From: an uncultured candidatus Porisulfidus sp.
Lineage (GTDB): Bacteria > Pseudomonadota > Gammaproteobacteria > Poriferisulfidales > Poriferisulfidaceae
Direction of reading: 5' to 3'
DNA length: 64,000 nucleotides
NCBI GenBank assembly: GCA_965204575.1
Contig: OZ241993.1
Coordinates: 1,024,001-1,088,000 of the forward strand
The position numbers and the translations under genes are program-made. Within the stretch, counting starts at the first letter, position 1. Every line of letters begins with the position of its first letter. Below the pieces are notes generated by a model, which was not told the origin of the DNA, did not search any database, and worked only from the letters and a program-made list of their open reading frames with translations. Of the stretch, positions 1 through 12,422 are shown piece after piece.

Positions 1-43
1 AAGTAATGCATCCCATCATTTCCCAGTATTTTCGGATTTTCAC
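1..43 (-). CDS. 5' start of an unknown CDS running off the window
   Basis: AGGAGG RBS (48-53 on minus) then GTG at 43, reading MKIRKYWEMMGCIT; sigma54-like promoter upstream. Confidence 0.5.
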   Translation of the reverse strand, partial: MKIRKYWEMMGCIT

Positions 44-76
44 AATGCCTCCTACGCAGAGCGATACAACATCCTG

Positions 77-93
77 TGCAAAAAACTTGCCCA
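77..93 (-). promoter_or_regulatory. sigma54 (-24/-12) promoter candidate
   Basis: Minus strand TGGGCAAGTTTTTTGCA has exact GG-N10-GC spacing, about 35 nt upstream of the GTG at 43; nitrogen-metabolism context. Confidence 0.55.
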
Positions 94-339
94 AGAGCAA
101 TTGTATTCGGCCGCGTGTATCCTCACGTCGCCACGTCCTGCTTCAGGCCGTGTTAGCGGTGAATACACCGAAATGAGCGAAATGACAGGTCTTCGCACCT
201 TTGTGACAGAGTTTGCGGGGCATATTGCTGCTGAGGCGGCAAGGTGAGATAACAAGAAATTTTCGTTTCGCGGCACAAGATTTTGGCATAGGGGTCAATG
301 TAGAAGCTTGCTGTTCGGCTGTTGCCGGTTTTGACACCA

Positions 340-498
340 TCATTGGCGTGACCGCGCTGCTATTCCCGCGACCAGTATTACTAGTACCAGAAGATAGCCA
401 ATCCCATGATCGTGGATGGATCCGGTGTCGTGCCCGAAAGCGGGCAGGGCGAAGAGCAGTGTGGGCAGGGCAATCGCGATTCGGTGTGAGAGTTTCAT
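340..498 (-). CDS. 52-aa membrane miniprotein resembling the HupE/UreJ N-terminus
   Basis: GGAG RBS; MKLSHRIAIALPTLLFALPAFGHDTGSIHDHGIGYLLVLVILVAGIAARSRQ*; signal peptide, His motif and TM helix; directly downstream of ureG. Confidence 0.55.
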   Translation of the reverse strand: MKLSHRIAIALPTLLFALPAFGHDTGSIHDHGIGYLLVLVILVAGIAARSRQ

Positions 499-538
499 GA
501 AGGGCTTCTCCAGGTTGTGGCGTTTTCCCAGTGGGGCA

Positions 539-1170
<632 letters not shown>

Positions 1171-1174
<4 letters not shown>

Positions 1175-1881
1175 GAGCGGAACAGGCGGGTGTACTGGGT
1201 TTCGTGGCGGGCGGAGGTCCAGTCCACCATCAGGGCGGCCTGTCCGATGTCCTCCCGGTCCCGTTCCAGGGCCTGTGCGGCCGCATCCAGGATGATCGGC
1301 TCCAGGTCGGCCAGCGCCTGCTGGCCGTCGCTCTGTCCCAGGGGGACCAGCCGGATGCCGGCGGAGACCAGGTTGGCGGCCAGCGCGTGGAGATAAGCGG
1401 CCAGCGCGGGTTCCAGGGGGATGTCCTGCGCTGCCGCCACGGCGCCGACGGCCACCGGGTAGACCATCGGCCGTTGCTGCTCCGCGGCCTTTTCTCGGGC
1501 CCAGTCGAGCCCGGTTGCCGGCCATGGGCGAGCGACCGCGGCCAGGAATGCCTGCCCCTGGTTCTCGGTCTCCTCGCCGAGTTCCCGGGTGGCGCGCATC
1601 GCGTCGCCGTGTTCCAGCGCCCAGATGAACAGGGTTTCGTCGCGGTTTCGGACCGCTTCATGAGCCGCACGGTGCAGATCCGCGTCGACCCGCCCGGTTC
1701 CGGCCGCGATGACTTCGGAGATCCAGTCGCGCAGGGTGTCCCGGTCGTGGATCAGGCCGGTTTCCACCGCGTATTCGATCCCGTGCGAATAGCTGTAGGC
1801 GCCGACCGGGAAAGAGGGCGACAGCCAGTTCATCAGGCGAACCAGCTGGGCACCGCCGACTGAGATGCCGTCAGTGCTCAT
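1171..1881 (-). CDS. ureF: urease accessory protein UreF
   Basis: [26 protein letters not shown] and [12 protein letters not shown]-terminus. Confidence 0.96.
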
Positions 1882-2352
1882 GGGCGTGCGCATGGCTGTG
1901 ATGTTCGTCGCTGCGCGAGGCGTAGGCGCCGGGCTCGGGGGAGAAGGGGGCCTGGTGGCGGTGAACCTGCGCACCCAGTTGCCGGGCCATCTCGACGATG
2001 ACGTGGTCGTCCCGGATCCGCAAGGCGCCATCCGGAAGAACCTGAATCGGGATGTGGCGATTGCCGATGTGCCAGGCGATCCGGGCGGTTTCGGAGAGTT
2101 CGCGGCAACTCAGGTCCGCGACCGGCTCCGCCGCTGCGACGACCCGCACGTACCCGCCGTCTTCCAGCACCAAGCCGTCGCCTTCGCCAAGGCGCACGGC
2201 CTGGGGGAGGTCCAGGAGGAACGGGTCTCCCTCGTCGGTGACGAGCCGGATCCGGCGGCGGTAGCGGCCGTCGTAATCCAGGGTGACCGTGGCACGCTGC
2301 CGTTCGGCCGGCCACTTGTCTGCCGAGGCGACGGTGGTTGCGCGCGCCAGCA

Positions 2353-2353
<1 letters not shown>
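1871..2353 (-). CDS. ureE: urease nickel chaperone UreE
   Basis: AWHIGNRH, DHVI, PFSPEPGAY and His-rich tail. Confidence 0.95.
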
Positions 2354-4062
<1,709 letters not shown>

Positions 4063-4065
4063 GGC

Positions 4066-4377
4066 TCAGTCTCCCAGGGGCCCGTTGACGGCGCTGTTGA
4101 AGCCGTACACCTGGCCCGCGCCGGCGTAGCGCACCAGGGTCACCTCCCGGCTCTGTCCCGGCTCGAAGCGCACGGCGGTGCCGGCCGGGATGTCGAGACG
4201 GTATCCGCGCGCGGCGTTGCGGTCGAAGTCGAGTGCCGAGTTGACTTCGAAGAAATGGTAGTGGGAGCCGACCTGCACGGGGCGGTCGCCGGTGTTGGCC
4301 ACGGTCAGGGTGAGGGTCTGACGGCCCTCGTTGAGGGTCAGCGTGCCGTCGGCCGGGAGGATTTCGCCGGGGATCAT
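4066..4377 (-). CDS. ureB: urease beta subunit
   Basis: [33 protein letters not shown]. Confidence 0.98.
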   Translation of the reverse strand: MIPGEILPADGTLTLNEGRQTLTLTVANTGDRPVQVGSHYHFFEVNSALDFDRNAARGYRLDIPAGTAVRFEPGQSREVTLVRYAGAGQVYGFNSAVNGPLGD

Positions 4378-4380
4378 GCC

Positions 4381-4683
4381 TCAGCGGATCGGGTTGTGGA
4401 CGGTGACCAGCTTGGTCCCGTCGGGGAAGGTCGCTTCGACCTGGATGTCATGGATCATGTCCGCCACGCCGTCCATGACGTCTTTTCGTTTGAGCACCTT
4501 GGCGCCGTCGCGCATCAGTTCGGCGACGCTGCGCCCGTCGCGCGCGCCCTCGACCACGAAGTCGCTGATCAGCGCGATCGCTTCCGGATGGTTGAGCTTG
4601 ACGCCCCGTGCCTGCCGGCGGCGCGCCACCTCGGCGGCCATGGCGATGAGCAGCTTGTCCTTCTCGCGCGGCGTCAGATTCAT
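4381..4683 (-). CDS. ureA: urease gamma subunit
   Basis: [11 protein letters not shown] ... [17 protein letters not shown]. Confidence 0.98.
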   Translation of the reverse strand: MNLTPREKDKLLIAMAAEVARRRQARGVKLNHPEAIALISDFVVEGARDGRSVAELMRDGAKVLKRKDVMDGVADMIHDIQVEATFPDGTKLVTVHNPIR

Positions 4684-4695
4684 GGCATTTCCCCT

Positions 4696-4720
4696 GTCAA
4701 GCCTGCCACAGCCTTGGCAT
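4696..4720 (-). repeat. stranded copy of the ureD 3' end (25-bp direct repeat with 5774-5798)
   Basis: gtcaagcctgccacagccttggcat is identical at 4696-4720 and 5774-5798; encodes MPRLWQA*; abuts the ureA RBS. Confidence 0.95.
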
Positions 4721-4970
4721 GGAAATCATGGCGAAATCGCTTGGATCGACTATAGGAACTACACACTAGACGATCCCATCTAGTATTCGTATACGGTTGG
4801 CAGTAGCAGGGACAATACTACCATAGTCGTGGCCCTAGGAATGGGGTGACGGGACGGGGAGAGGACAACGAAACGGGGATGTTTTTTTGTGAGCATCTAG
4901 TGGATACCGCCAATGATCTGTCAACAGCACACGGGTGACAGTAGCAAAGCCGCCGTGTGCGGCATTTCCC

Positions 4971-5004
4971 AAGATCCCCAGCGCTGCCATGGGGGTCTTT
5001 CTTT
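4971..5004 (+). terminator. hairpin plus U-tract, Rho-independent terminator candidate
   Basis: aagatcccca-gcgctgcca-tgggggtctt followed by tcttt. Confidence 0.5.
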
Positions 5005-5231
5005 AGAATTACCTCGTAGATGAATCCCTTGACCCTACGTGATTTTGTGCGGGTCTTGGCCTCCGACCTGCTGCAGCAACACGTCTAGAGGGTTCAGGCG
5101 CAGCCATCTGCAAAATCTGTGGCATTTTGAGGCATTTTGTAGCATAATGCCCTGAAGCCGCCGTGTCGGAGAAGGCGGATACTGATTCGAAAACCTGGAC
5201 ATGGACAGCGGGGAATATGCGGGCAAGCGGT

Positions 5232-5540
5232 ATGGGCGAAAACCAGATTTTATTTGACATAAAAGTCACATGTCATGTGAAATCCGATGAAGTCGGGTTT
5301 GTTTCACATTGCCCTGAATTTGATGTTTTCAGTCAGGGCGAAACTGAAAAATCCGCCATCGAAAACCTGAAAGAAGCGGTCGAATTATTCATTGAAACCT
5401 GCTACGAATGCGGCACTTTGCTTGATGTTCTTAGAGAAAGTGGATATCAATTTAGTCGAGAATCCACACCGATCAAGGATGAACATATGATGGAAATTCC
5501 ATTTTCTCTAGTCTCGCATGCCCAAGCTCACGCCAACTGA
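5232..5540 (+). CDS. hicB: HicB-family antitoxin (short form)
   Basis: FVSHCPEFDVFSQGETEKSAIENLKEAVELF is a HicB N-domain pattern; overlaps hicA. Confidence 0.85.
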   Translation: MGENQILFDIKVTCHVKSDEVGFVSHCPEFDVFSQGETEKSAIENLKEAVELFIETCYECGTLLDVLRESGYQFSRESTPIKDEHMMEIPFSLVSHAQAHAN

Positions 5541-5748
5541 CTGGAGTACTCTCGTCCGAATATTCGAGGCTGACGGTTTCAGGAAGGTCCGCCAGAAAGG
5601 GTCGCATATTTCCATGAAAAAGTCAGGCGTTAAACGTCCTGTGGTGATTAAGAAGAGTAAAAATGTGAGTGTCGACAACATCAAGAGCAATATGAAAACG
5701 GCGGGGATGTCTCGAGAACGCTATTTTGAACTCTTAAAAGGTAATTGA
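5518..5748 (+). CDS. hicA: HicA-family mRNA interferase toxin
   Basis: GFRKVRQKGSH motif, 76 aa, basic. Confidence 0.9.
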   Translation: MPKLTPTDWSTLVRIFEADGFRKVRQKGSHISMKKSGVKRPVVIKKSKNVSVDNIKSNMKTAGMSRERYFELLKGN

Positions 5749-5774
5749 AGGATCAGGCAGCGGGTTCTTCCTCG

Positions 5775-6611
5775 TCAAGCCTGCCACAGCCTTGGCATTA
5801 TCGGTGGATAGCCGGCCAGGTGGTGACGAAATGCCGCCCAGAAACGGCCGTAGGCGTCGCGCAGTTGCAGGCTGTCCCGGTCGAGCCAGCGGATGACCAG
5901 GACTTTTCCCATGCAGCTCGCGGCCACCCGCAGGGAATCTTCCACGGTCTCGTCGATCAGGGTTCGAGCCGAATCGAGGTGCTCGCCGGCATCGTCGCCG
6001 ACGTAGAGGATGCTGGCGCAGGCGCGCGCGCCGTCCAGGCCCGCGGGGGCGTCGCTGACGCGTTTGAAACCGGAATTCAAATGCAGGGCGTCCGCCCAGA
6101 CCAGGCGGCCGTCCCAGTAGACCTCCCAGGCCTCGTGCAGCAGGCCCTGGCACATGCGTTCGCCCATGGCGGTGCGTCCGAGCACGACCATTTCCCCGCA
6201 CAACATCCGCGCGCCGGGGACGGCCCGGATCTCGGTCGAGCGCCGCAGCCGCGACGAATCGAACAGGATGGTTTCCTGCGGAAGCCACTCCAGCCAGGAA
6301 CCCGCATCCGCCTGCAGCCGGATCTTTATGCGCGAATCCGCCCCGGTGGAACGATAGATTTTTTCCGCCGCCTGCGCCAGCACTCGCCCGGCCGCCCCCT
6401 CGCCGCTCGAGACGTGGACCTGGAGCCGGTCGCCCCCGACCAGCCCCCCGGACGTGGTGACCAGGACGCCGGTGAGCGGTTCGCCCGCCACGTGACGGGG
6501 AAACAGCAGGCGCAACGGGTCGTGCTGGTACAGTTCGCCGATCGCCGTGCCGTCGCGGGCCGCCTCGAAGCTTAGGGTGGCGGATCCGTCGGCGACGGGG
6601 GAGGAGCTCAT
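5775..6611 (-). CDS. ureD: urease accessory protein UreD
   Basis: TTSGGLVGGD, QAAEKIYRS, LEWLPQETILF, PRLW; start overlaps the urtE stop. Confidence 0.95.
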   Translation of the reverse strand: MSSSPVADGSATLSFEAARDGTAIGELYQHDPLRLLFPRHVAGEPLTGVLVTTSGGLVGGDRLQVHVSSGEGAAGRVLAQAAEKIYRSTGADSRIKIRLQADAGSWLEWLPQETILFDSSRLRRSTEIRAVPGARMLCGEMVVLGRTAMGERMCQGLLHEAWEVYWDGRLVWADALHLNSGFKRVSDAPAGLDGARACASILYVGDDAGEHLDSARTLIDETVEDSLRVAASCMGKVLVIRWLDRDSLQLRDAYGRFWAAFRHHLAGYPPIMPRLWQA

Positions 6612-7303
6612 ACGGTGAGGTGTTGGCGGATTTCGGCTTCTTCGAAGTTGCCGATCGGGCCGGACAGCAGGATGCGTCCGCGGTCCATGACCGCGACGTC
6701 GTCGGCCAGGTCGCAGGCCAGTTCGTAGTACTGCTCGACCAGCAGCACGGCCATGTCGCCGCGCTTGCCGAGCAGCCGGATGACCTTTTCGATGTCCTTG
6801 ATGATCGAGGGCTGGATGCCCTCGGTGGGTTCGTCCAGCAGCAGCAGGCGAGGGCGGGTGACCAGTGCGCGGCCGATCGCGAGCTGCTGTTGCTGGCCGC
6901 CGGACAGGTCGCCGCCGCGCCGGCCCAGCATGTCGGCCAGGACCGGGAACAACTCGAACACTTCCGGCGGGACGCGCGCGTCGCTGCGCGGCAGGCAGTT
7001 GAAACCCGTCATCAGGTTTTCTTCGACCGTCAGGCGGGGGAAGATGTCCCGGCCCTGCGGCACGTAGGCGACGCCGCGGTGGGCGCGGCTGTGCGCGGGC
7101 AGGTGGGTAATGTCCTCGCCGTCCCACAGGACCTGTCCGCTGCGCACCGGGATCTGCCCGGTCAGGCCGCGCAGGAAGCTGGTCTTGCCGACGCCGTTGC
7201 GCCCGAGCAGGCAGGTGATGCGGCCCCGTTCGGCCGCAATGTGGGCACCGCGCAGGATATGGCTCGCGCCGTAGTAGAGGTTGATGCCGGTCGCGGAAAG
7301 CAT
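6608..7303 (-). CDS. urtE: urea ABC transporter ATPase UrtE
   Basis: GRNGVGKT, LSGGQQQQLAIGRAL, DEPTEGIQP. Confidence 0.95.
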   Translation of the reverse strand: MLSATGINLYYGASHILRGAHIAAERGRITCLLGRNGVGKTSFLRGLTGQIPVRSGQVLWDGEDITHLPAHSRAHRGVAYVPQGRDIFPRLTVEENLMTGFNCLPRSDARVPPEVFELFPVLADMLGRRGGDLSGGQQQQLAIGRALVTRPRLLLLDEPTEGIQPSIIKDIEKVIRLLGKRGDMAVLLVEQYYELACDLADDVAVMDRGRILLSGPIGNFEEAEIRQHLTV

Positions 7304-7304
7304 G

Positions 7305-8099
7305 CTATCGCCCCAGGTAGACCTCGATCACGCGGGGGTCCGACTGGATCGCGTCCATCGGGCCTTCGGCAATGACCTGGCCCTCGTCGAGCACCGTGAC
7401 CCGGCAGTCCAGGTCGCGCACGAAGTTCATGTCGTGCTCCACCACGACCAGCGAGTGCGTGCTCGAGATTTCGTGCAGCAACTCCACGGTCTGTTCGGTC
7501 TCCGCGTCCGTCATCCCGGCCACCGGCTCGTCCAGCAGCATTAAATCAGGTTCCTGTACCAGCAGCATGCCGATCTCCAGCCACTGCTTCTGCCCGTGCG
7601 ACAGGGAGCCTGCCGCCCGGTCGCGTTGCGCGGTCAGCCGGATGGTTTCGAGCGCCTGCTCAATGCGCTCGATCTGCGCGGGACTGATGCCGGCGAACAG
7701 CGTGGTCAGGATGCGGCGGTCGGCTTTCAGGGCGAGCGACAGGTTCTCGAACACGGTCAGGTTCTCGAACACGGTCGGCTTCTGGAACTTGCGGCCGATA
7801 CCGAGATTGGCGATCTCCGTCTCGTTGAGCGCGGTCAGGTCGATGCGGTCGGCAAACAGCACCTCGCCCTGGTCCGGCCGGGTGCGGCCCGTCACCACGT
7901 CCATCATGGTGGTCTTGCCGGCCCCGTTGGGGCCGATGATGGCGCGCATCTCGCCGCGGTCGATGATCAGGCTCAGGGAGTTGAGCGCCTGGAAGCCGTC
8001 GAAACTGACCGAAACGCCGTCCAGGTAGAGCAGGGTCTCCGGCGCGATGTGATGCGGCTCGGGGAGCTCGGGCGCGACGGGGGCGTCAGGCGGAGGCAC
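7305..8099 (-). CDS. urtD: urea ABC transporter ATPase UrtD
   Basis: GPNGAGKTT, GIGRKFQKP, LSHGQKQWLEIGM. Confidence 0.95.
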   Translation of the reverse strand: MPPPDAPVAPELPEPHHIAPETLLYLDGVSVSFDGFQALNSLSLIIDRGEMRAIIGPNGAGKTTMMDVVTGRTRPDQGEVLFADRIDLTALNETEIANLGIGRKFQKPTVFENLTVFENLSLALKADRRILTTLFAGISPAQIERIEQALETIRLTAQRDRAAGSLSHGQKQWLEIGMLLVQEPDLMLLDEPVAGMTDAETEQTVELLHEISSTHSLVVVEHDMNFVRDLDCRVTVLDEGQVIAEGPMDAIQSDPRVIEVYLGR

Positions 8100-9228
8100 G
8101 GGAATCCGAATGCGAGGTTTTCGCGATGGCGCGGCGTTCGCGCCACTGCCGCACCACGCCGACCAGGCCGCGCGGCATCAGCAGGGTGACCAGGATGAAC
8201 AGGGCGCCGAGGAAGAACAGCCAGATCTCCGGCGCGATGCCGGTCAGCAGGCTTTTCGCGCCGTTCACCGCGACCGCGCCCGCGGCGGCGCCGAACAGGG
8301 TGCCGCGGCCGCCGACCGCGACCCAGACCGCGATCTCGATTGACTTGGCCGGGGTGAACTCCCCGGGGTTGATGATGCCGACCTGCGGCACGTACAGCGC
8401 CCCGGCGATGCCGGCCAGCACCGCCGACAGCGTGAACACGAACAGTTTGGCCCGGGTCACCGAGTAGCCGATGAAGCGCACCCGGCTCTCGGCGTCGCGT
8501 ACCGCGATCAGCACCCGTCCCAGCTTCGAGGTGACCACGTAGCGGCACAGCAGGTAGACCAGGCCGAGCATCAGCGCCGAAGCCATGTACAGCCCGACCT
8601 TGGTCGAGTTGGCCGACAGGTCGAACCCGAGCAGGTCCTTGAAGTCGGTCAGCCCGTTGTTGCCGCCGAAGCCCATTTCGTTGCGGAAGAACGCGAGCAT
8701 CATGGCGAACACCATGGCCTGGCTGATGATGGAGAAGTACACGCCGGTGATGCGCGAGCGGAAGGCCAGCCAGCCGAACACGAAGGCGAGGGCTCCGGGG
8801 ACGAGCATGGCCATCAGCACGGCGAAGGCGAAGCTGTCGAACCCGTACCAGTACCAGGGCAGTTCCTTCCAGTTCAGGAACACCATGAAGTCGGGCAGTT
8901 CCGGGTGGCCGTACACGCCGCGCTCGCCGATCTGGCGCATCAGGTACATGCCCATGGCGTAGCCGCCGAGCCCGAAGAACGCGCCGTGCCCCAGGCTCAG
9001 GATGCCCGCATAGCCCCAGATCAGGTCCAGCGCCAGCGCCAGCATCGCGAAGCACAGGAACTTGCCGAGCGTGGTGACCCAGAAGGTGGGCACGTGCAGC
9101 CAGGCATCTTCCGGCACGACCAGGTTCAGCACCGGCACGACCAGCATCAGCACGGCGGCGAGACCCATGAACACGGTCCAGCCGCGGTGCGACTCCAGGG
9201 CGAACAGGCGCGAGGAAAGCGGACCCAT
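8086..9228 (-). CDS. urtC: urea ABC transporter permease UrtC
   Basis: LDLIWGYAGILSLGHG, LPDFMVFL, GGNNGLTDFK. Confidence 0.95.
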   Translation of the reverse strand: MGPLSSRLFALESHRGWTVFMGLAAVLMLVVPVLNLVVPEDAWLHVPTFWVTTLGKFLCFAMLALALDLIWGYAGILSLGHGAFFGLGGYAMGMYLMRQIGERGVYGHPELPDFMVFLNWKELPWYWYGFDSFAFAVLMAMLVPGALAFVFGWLAFRSRITGVYFSIISQAMVFAMMLAFFRNEMGFGGNNGLTDFKDLLGFDLSANSTKVGLYMASALMLGLVYLLCRYVVTSKLGRVLIAVRDAESRVRFIGYSVTRAKLFVFTLSAVLAGIAGALYVPQVGIINPGEFTPAKSIEIAVWVAVGGRGTLFGAAAGAVAVNGAKSLLTGIAPEIWLFFLGALFILVTLLMPRGLVGVVRQWRERRAIAKTSHSDSRASA

Positions 9229-9231
9229 GGG

Positions 9232-10914
9232 CTAGTCCCCGGCGGCGCGCCCCTTCAGCGCGAACAGGCCGCGTGGGCGCATCTGGATGAACAGGATGAT
9301 GAAGACCAAGACGACGATCTTGCCGAGGATGGCGCCGGAGACGGGCTCCAGGAACTTGTTGACGATGCCGAGGCTGAAGGCGCCGACGATGGTGCCCCAC
9401 AGGCTGCCGACGCCGCCGAACACCACCACCATGAAGCTGTCGACGATGAAATTCTGGCCGAGATTCGGGCTGACGTTGGAGATCTGGCTCAGCGCCATGC
9501 CGGCGACGCCGGCGATGCCGGATCCCAGCGCGAAGGTCAGGGCGTCGACCTGCCCGGTGCGGATGCCCATGGAGGAGGCCATCGAGCGGTTCTGGGTGAC
9601 CGCGCGCATGTTCAGGCCGAAGCGCGAATAGCGGATGAACGCGGCCAGCGCCGCGACCACCGCCAGGCAGAACAGGATGATGCACAGGCGGTTGAGCGTG
9701 ACCGTTACGCCGCCGGCGATCTCGACCGCGCCGGAAATCCATTCGGGGTTGGCCACCTCCCGGTTGTTGGCGCCGAAAATCGAACGCACCAACTGCTGCA
9801 GGATCAGGCTGATGCCCCAGGTGGCGAGCAGGGTCTCGAGCGGCCGCCCGTACAGGAAGCGGATGACCCCGCGTTCGATCAGCACGCCCATCGCGGCGGA
9901 CATCAGGAAGGCGGCGGGCAGGGCGGCGAGCAGGTAGAAGCCGAACAGTTCCGGCGGGACCACGCTGCGGAAGATCTCCTGCACCATGAACGTGGAGTAG
10001 GCGCCCAGCATGATCATTTCGCCGTGCGCCATGTTGATGACGCCCATCACGCCGAAGGTGATCGCCAGCCCGATCGCGGCCAGCAGCAGCACCGAGCCGA
10101 GGCTGATGCCGAACAGGAGGTTCTCGGCGATGCCGAACAGCCACAGTTTCCGGTCGATGGCTTCGATTGCACTGAGCAGGGCTTCGCGGATCTCGGGGTT
10201 CGGCTCGGCGTCCGCCTGCAGGCGACGCTTCAACAGCGAGTGGATGTCCGGGTCGGAGATCCCGGCCAGCGTGGTGGCGGCCGCCAGGCGCAGGGCCGGG
10301 TCGTCCGCTTCCAGCTCCAGCACGGCGATGCCGACTTCCAGCTTGGCCCGGACCGCATCGTCGGTCTCCCGGTCCCGCGCCTGACGGAACAGGGGCAGGA
10401 CCCGGGGGTCGGGGTTCTTGGTGAGGTTGTCGGCGGCTTCAAGCCGCTTTCCCGGATCGTCGCTGAACAGCGCCAACCGGCCGGTGACGTCGCGGATCAA
10501 TCGGCGCAACCGGTTGTTGACCTTGATTTTCTTTAATTCCTTTTTGCCGGCCTCGGGTTCAGGCCGCCCGCTGACCGCGTCCTGGACGAGGTACTTTTTC
10601 CCGGAACGTTCCGCGATGACGATGCGGCCGTCGTCCTTGCGCACGTGCAGCCGGCCCTTGGCGAGGGCCTCCAGCACTTCGAGGACGCGGGGACCGCCGA
10701 GGGTTCCCAGGTGCTCGACAGCCTGGGCCTTCTGCTTGAATTTCTTGGTGTCGAGGGCCTGCAGCGCAGCGTGGAAGTCGGCCTCGGACGGCTCGCCGGC
10801 GGCGGGTGCCGCGGCGAACAACAGGGCTGCGCCGAGCGCGGCGGCTCCGAGGATTCGGTTCCCGGACAGATCGCGGTCTTTCCAATCGATCATTGTCATG
10901 ATGCCCGATTGCAT
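9232..10914 (-). CDS. urtB: urea ABC transporter permease UrtB with N-terminal periplasmic extension
   Basis: GLAITFGVMGVINMAHGE, RPLETLLATWG; start codon uncertain. Confidence 0.93.
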   Translation of the reverse strand: MQSGIMTMIDWKDRDLSGNRILGAAALGAALLFAAAPAAGEPSEADFHAALQALDTKKFKQKAQAVEHLGTLGGPRVLEVLEALAKGRLHVRKDDGRIVIAERSGKKYLVQDAVSGRPEPEAGKKELKKIKVNNRLRRLIRDVTGRLALFSDDPGKRLEAADNLTKNPDPRVLPLFRQARDRETDDAVRAKLEVGIAVLELEADDPALRLAAATTLAGISDPDIHSLLKRRLQADAEPNPEIREALLSAIEAIDRKLWLFGIAENLLFGISLGSVLLLAAIGLAITFGVMGVINMAHGEMIMLGAYSTFMVQEIFRSVVPPELFGFYLLAALPAAFLMSAAMGVLIERGVIRFLYGRPLETLLATWGISLILQQLVRSIFGANNREVANPEWISGAVEIAGGVTVTLNRLCIILFCLAVVAALAAFIRYSRFGLNMRAVTQNRSMASSMGIRTGQVDALTFALGSGIAGVAGMALSQISNVSPNLGQNFIVDSFMVVVFGGVGSLWGTIVGAFSLGIVNKFLEPVSGAILGKIVVLVFIILFIQMRPRGLFALKGRAAGD

Positions 10915-10976
10915 TATCCGCTATCGGCGGATTTCGGCCAGGCCGGCGGCGGGGCCGCCGGCCTGTGCCAGAGAGG

Positions 10977-12251
10977 TTACGAGCTGGGTTTCTCGCAGTT
11001 GCCGCAAGAGAACGGCTCGGTCCAGTCGGACATCAGCTTGGCGCTTTCCGGGATGAAATCGGACCAGGCGTCGCCAGGGACTACGCCGTCGGTCTCCCAG
11101 ACCACGTCAAACTGCCCGTCGTCCTGGATCTCACCGATCAGAACCGGCTTCGACAGGTGATGATTGACGTTCATGACTGCCGTGCCGCCGGTCAGGTTCG
11201 GGGCGGTCTGGCCGTACATGGCAGAACGTACCGCGTCGATGTCGGTGGTGCCGGCCTTCTCGACCGCCTGCACCCACATCTGGAAGCCGATGTAGTGGGC
11301 CTCCATCGGGTCGTTGAACACGCGGTCACCGTTGCCGATGAACTCGTGCCACTTCTCGATGACTTCGGAGTTCTTGTCGCTCTCGACGCTCATGAAGTAG
11401 TTCCAGGCGGCCAGGTGTCCGACCAACGGGCCGGTGTCGATGCCGGCGAGTTCTTCCTCGCCGACCGAGAAGGCCACGACCGGAATGTCTTCAGCCGCGA
11501 TGCCCTGGTTGCCCAGTTCCTTGTAGAACGGCACGTTGGCGTCGCCGTTGATGGTCGACACCACGGCGGTCTTCTTGCCGGCCGAAGCGAACTTCTTGAT
11601 ATCCGACACGATCGTCTGCCAGTCGGAATGCCCGAACGGCGTGTAGTTGATCATGATGTCTTCTTCCGCCACGCCCTTGGCCTTGAGGAAGGCCTCAAGG
11701 ATCTTGTTGGTGGTACGCGGATAGACATAGTCGGTGCCAGCCAGGACCCAACGCTCGACGGATCCGCCTTCTTCGCTCATCAGGTACTCCACCGCCGGGA
11801 TCGCCTGCTGATTCGGCGCGGCGCCGGTGTAGAAAATGTTGCGGGAAGACTCTTCGCCTTCATACTGGACTGGATAGAACAGCATGCCGTTGAGTTCCTC
11901 GAAGACCGGAAGCACGGACTTGCGGGACACCGAAGTCCAACAGCCGAACACGACGTCGACTTCGTGCTGCTCGATCAGTTCGCGGGCCTTCTCCGCGAAC
12001 AGCGGCCAGTCCGAGGCGGGGTCGACGACCACCGCTTCGAGTTTCCGGCCGAGCACGCCACCCTTGGCGTTCTGCTCGCTGATCAGGAATTCCATCACGT
12101 CCTTCAGCGCGGTTTCGCTGATGGCCATGGTTCCGGACAAGGAGTGCAGGACTCCGACCTTGATCGGTTCGTCAGCCCGCACGCCCTCTGAAGCTGCGAA
12201 CACGCCCGCGAACAGGCACAGCGCAGCCATAAGCTTGCTAACAGTTTTCAT
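10977..12251 (-). CDS. urtA: urea ABC transporter substrate-binding protein UrtA
   Basis: KVGVLHSLSGTMAISE, GCWTSVSRK, YPVQYEG; signal peptide; GGGGG RBS before MKTVS. Confidence 0.96.
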   Translation of the reverse strand: MKTVSKLMAALCLFAGVFAASEGVRADEPIKVGVLHSLSGTMAISETALKDVMEFLISEQNAKGGVLGRKLEAVVVDPASDWPLFAEKARELIEQHEVDVVFGCWTSVSRKSVLPVFEELNGMLFYPVQYEGEESSRNIFYTGAAPNQQAIPAVEYLMSEEGGSVERWVLAGTDYVYPRTTNKILEAFLKAKGVAEEDIMINYTPFGHSDWQTIVSDIKKFASAGKKTAVVSTINGDANVPFYKELGNQGIAAEDIPVVAFSVGEEELAGIDTGPLVGHLAAWNYFMSVESDKNSEVIEKWHEFIGNGDRVFNDPMEAHYIGFQMWVQAVEKAGTTDIDAVRSAMYGQTAPNLTGGTAVMNVNHHLSKPVLIGEIQDDGQFDVVWETDGVVPGDAWSDFIPESAKLMSDWTEPFSCGNCEKPSS

Positions 12252-12422
12252 AATTCCCCCTGTTTTGCTTGTTAAAAAAAGCAAGAGAACCAATCCGGAT
12301 CCGGGAGCCCTTCCCGGCCGGGGTCGCTGATTGAAAATCAGAATGCCCTCTTGCGGGTTATTTTAGCACGGTTCTCACCGCAGCCCGCTCTTTGTTCTCA
12401 TATGTGAACCCGCACAAGTGGT

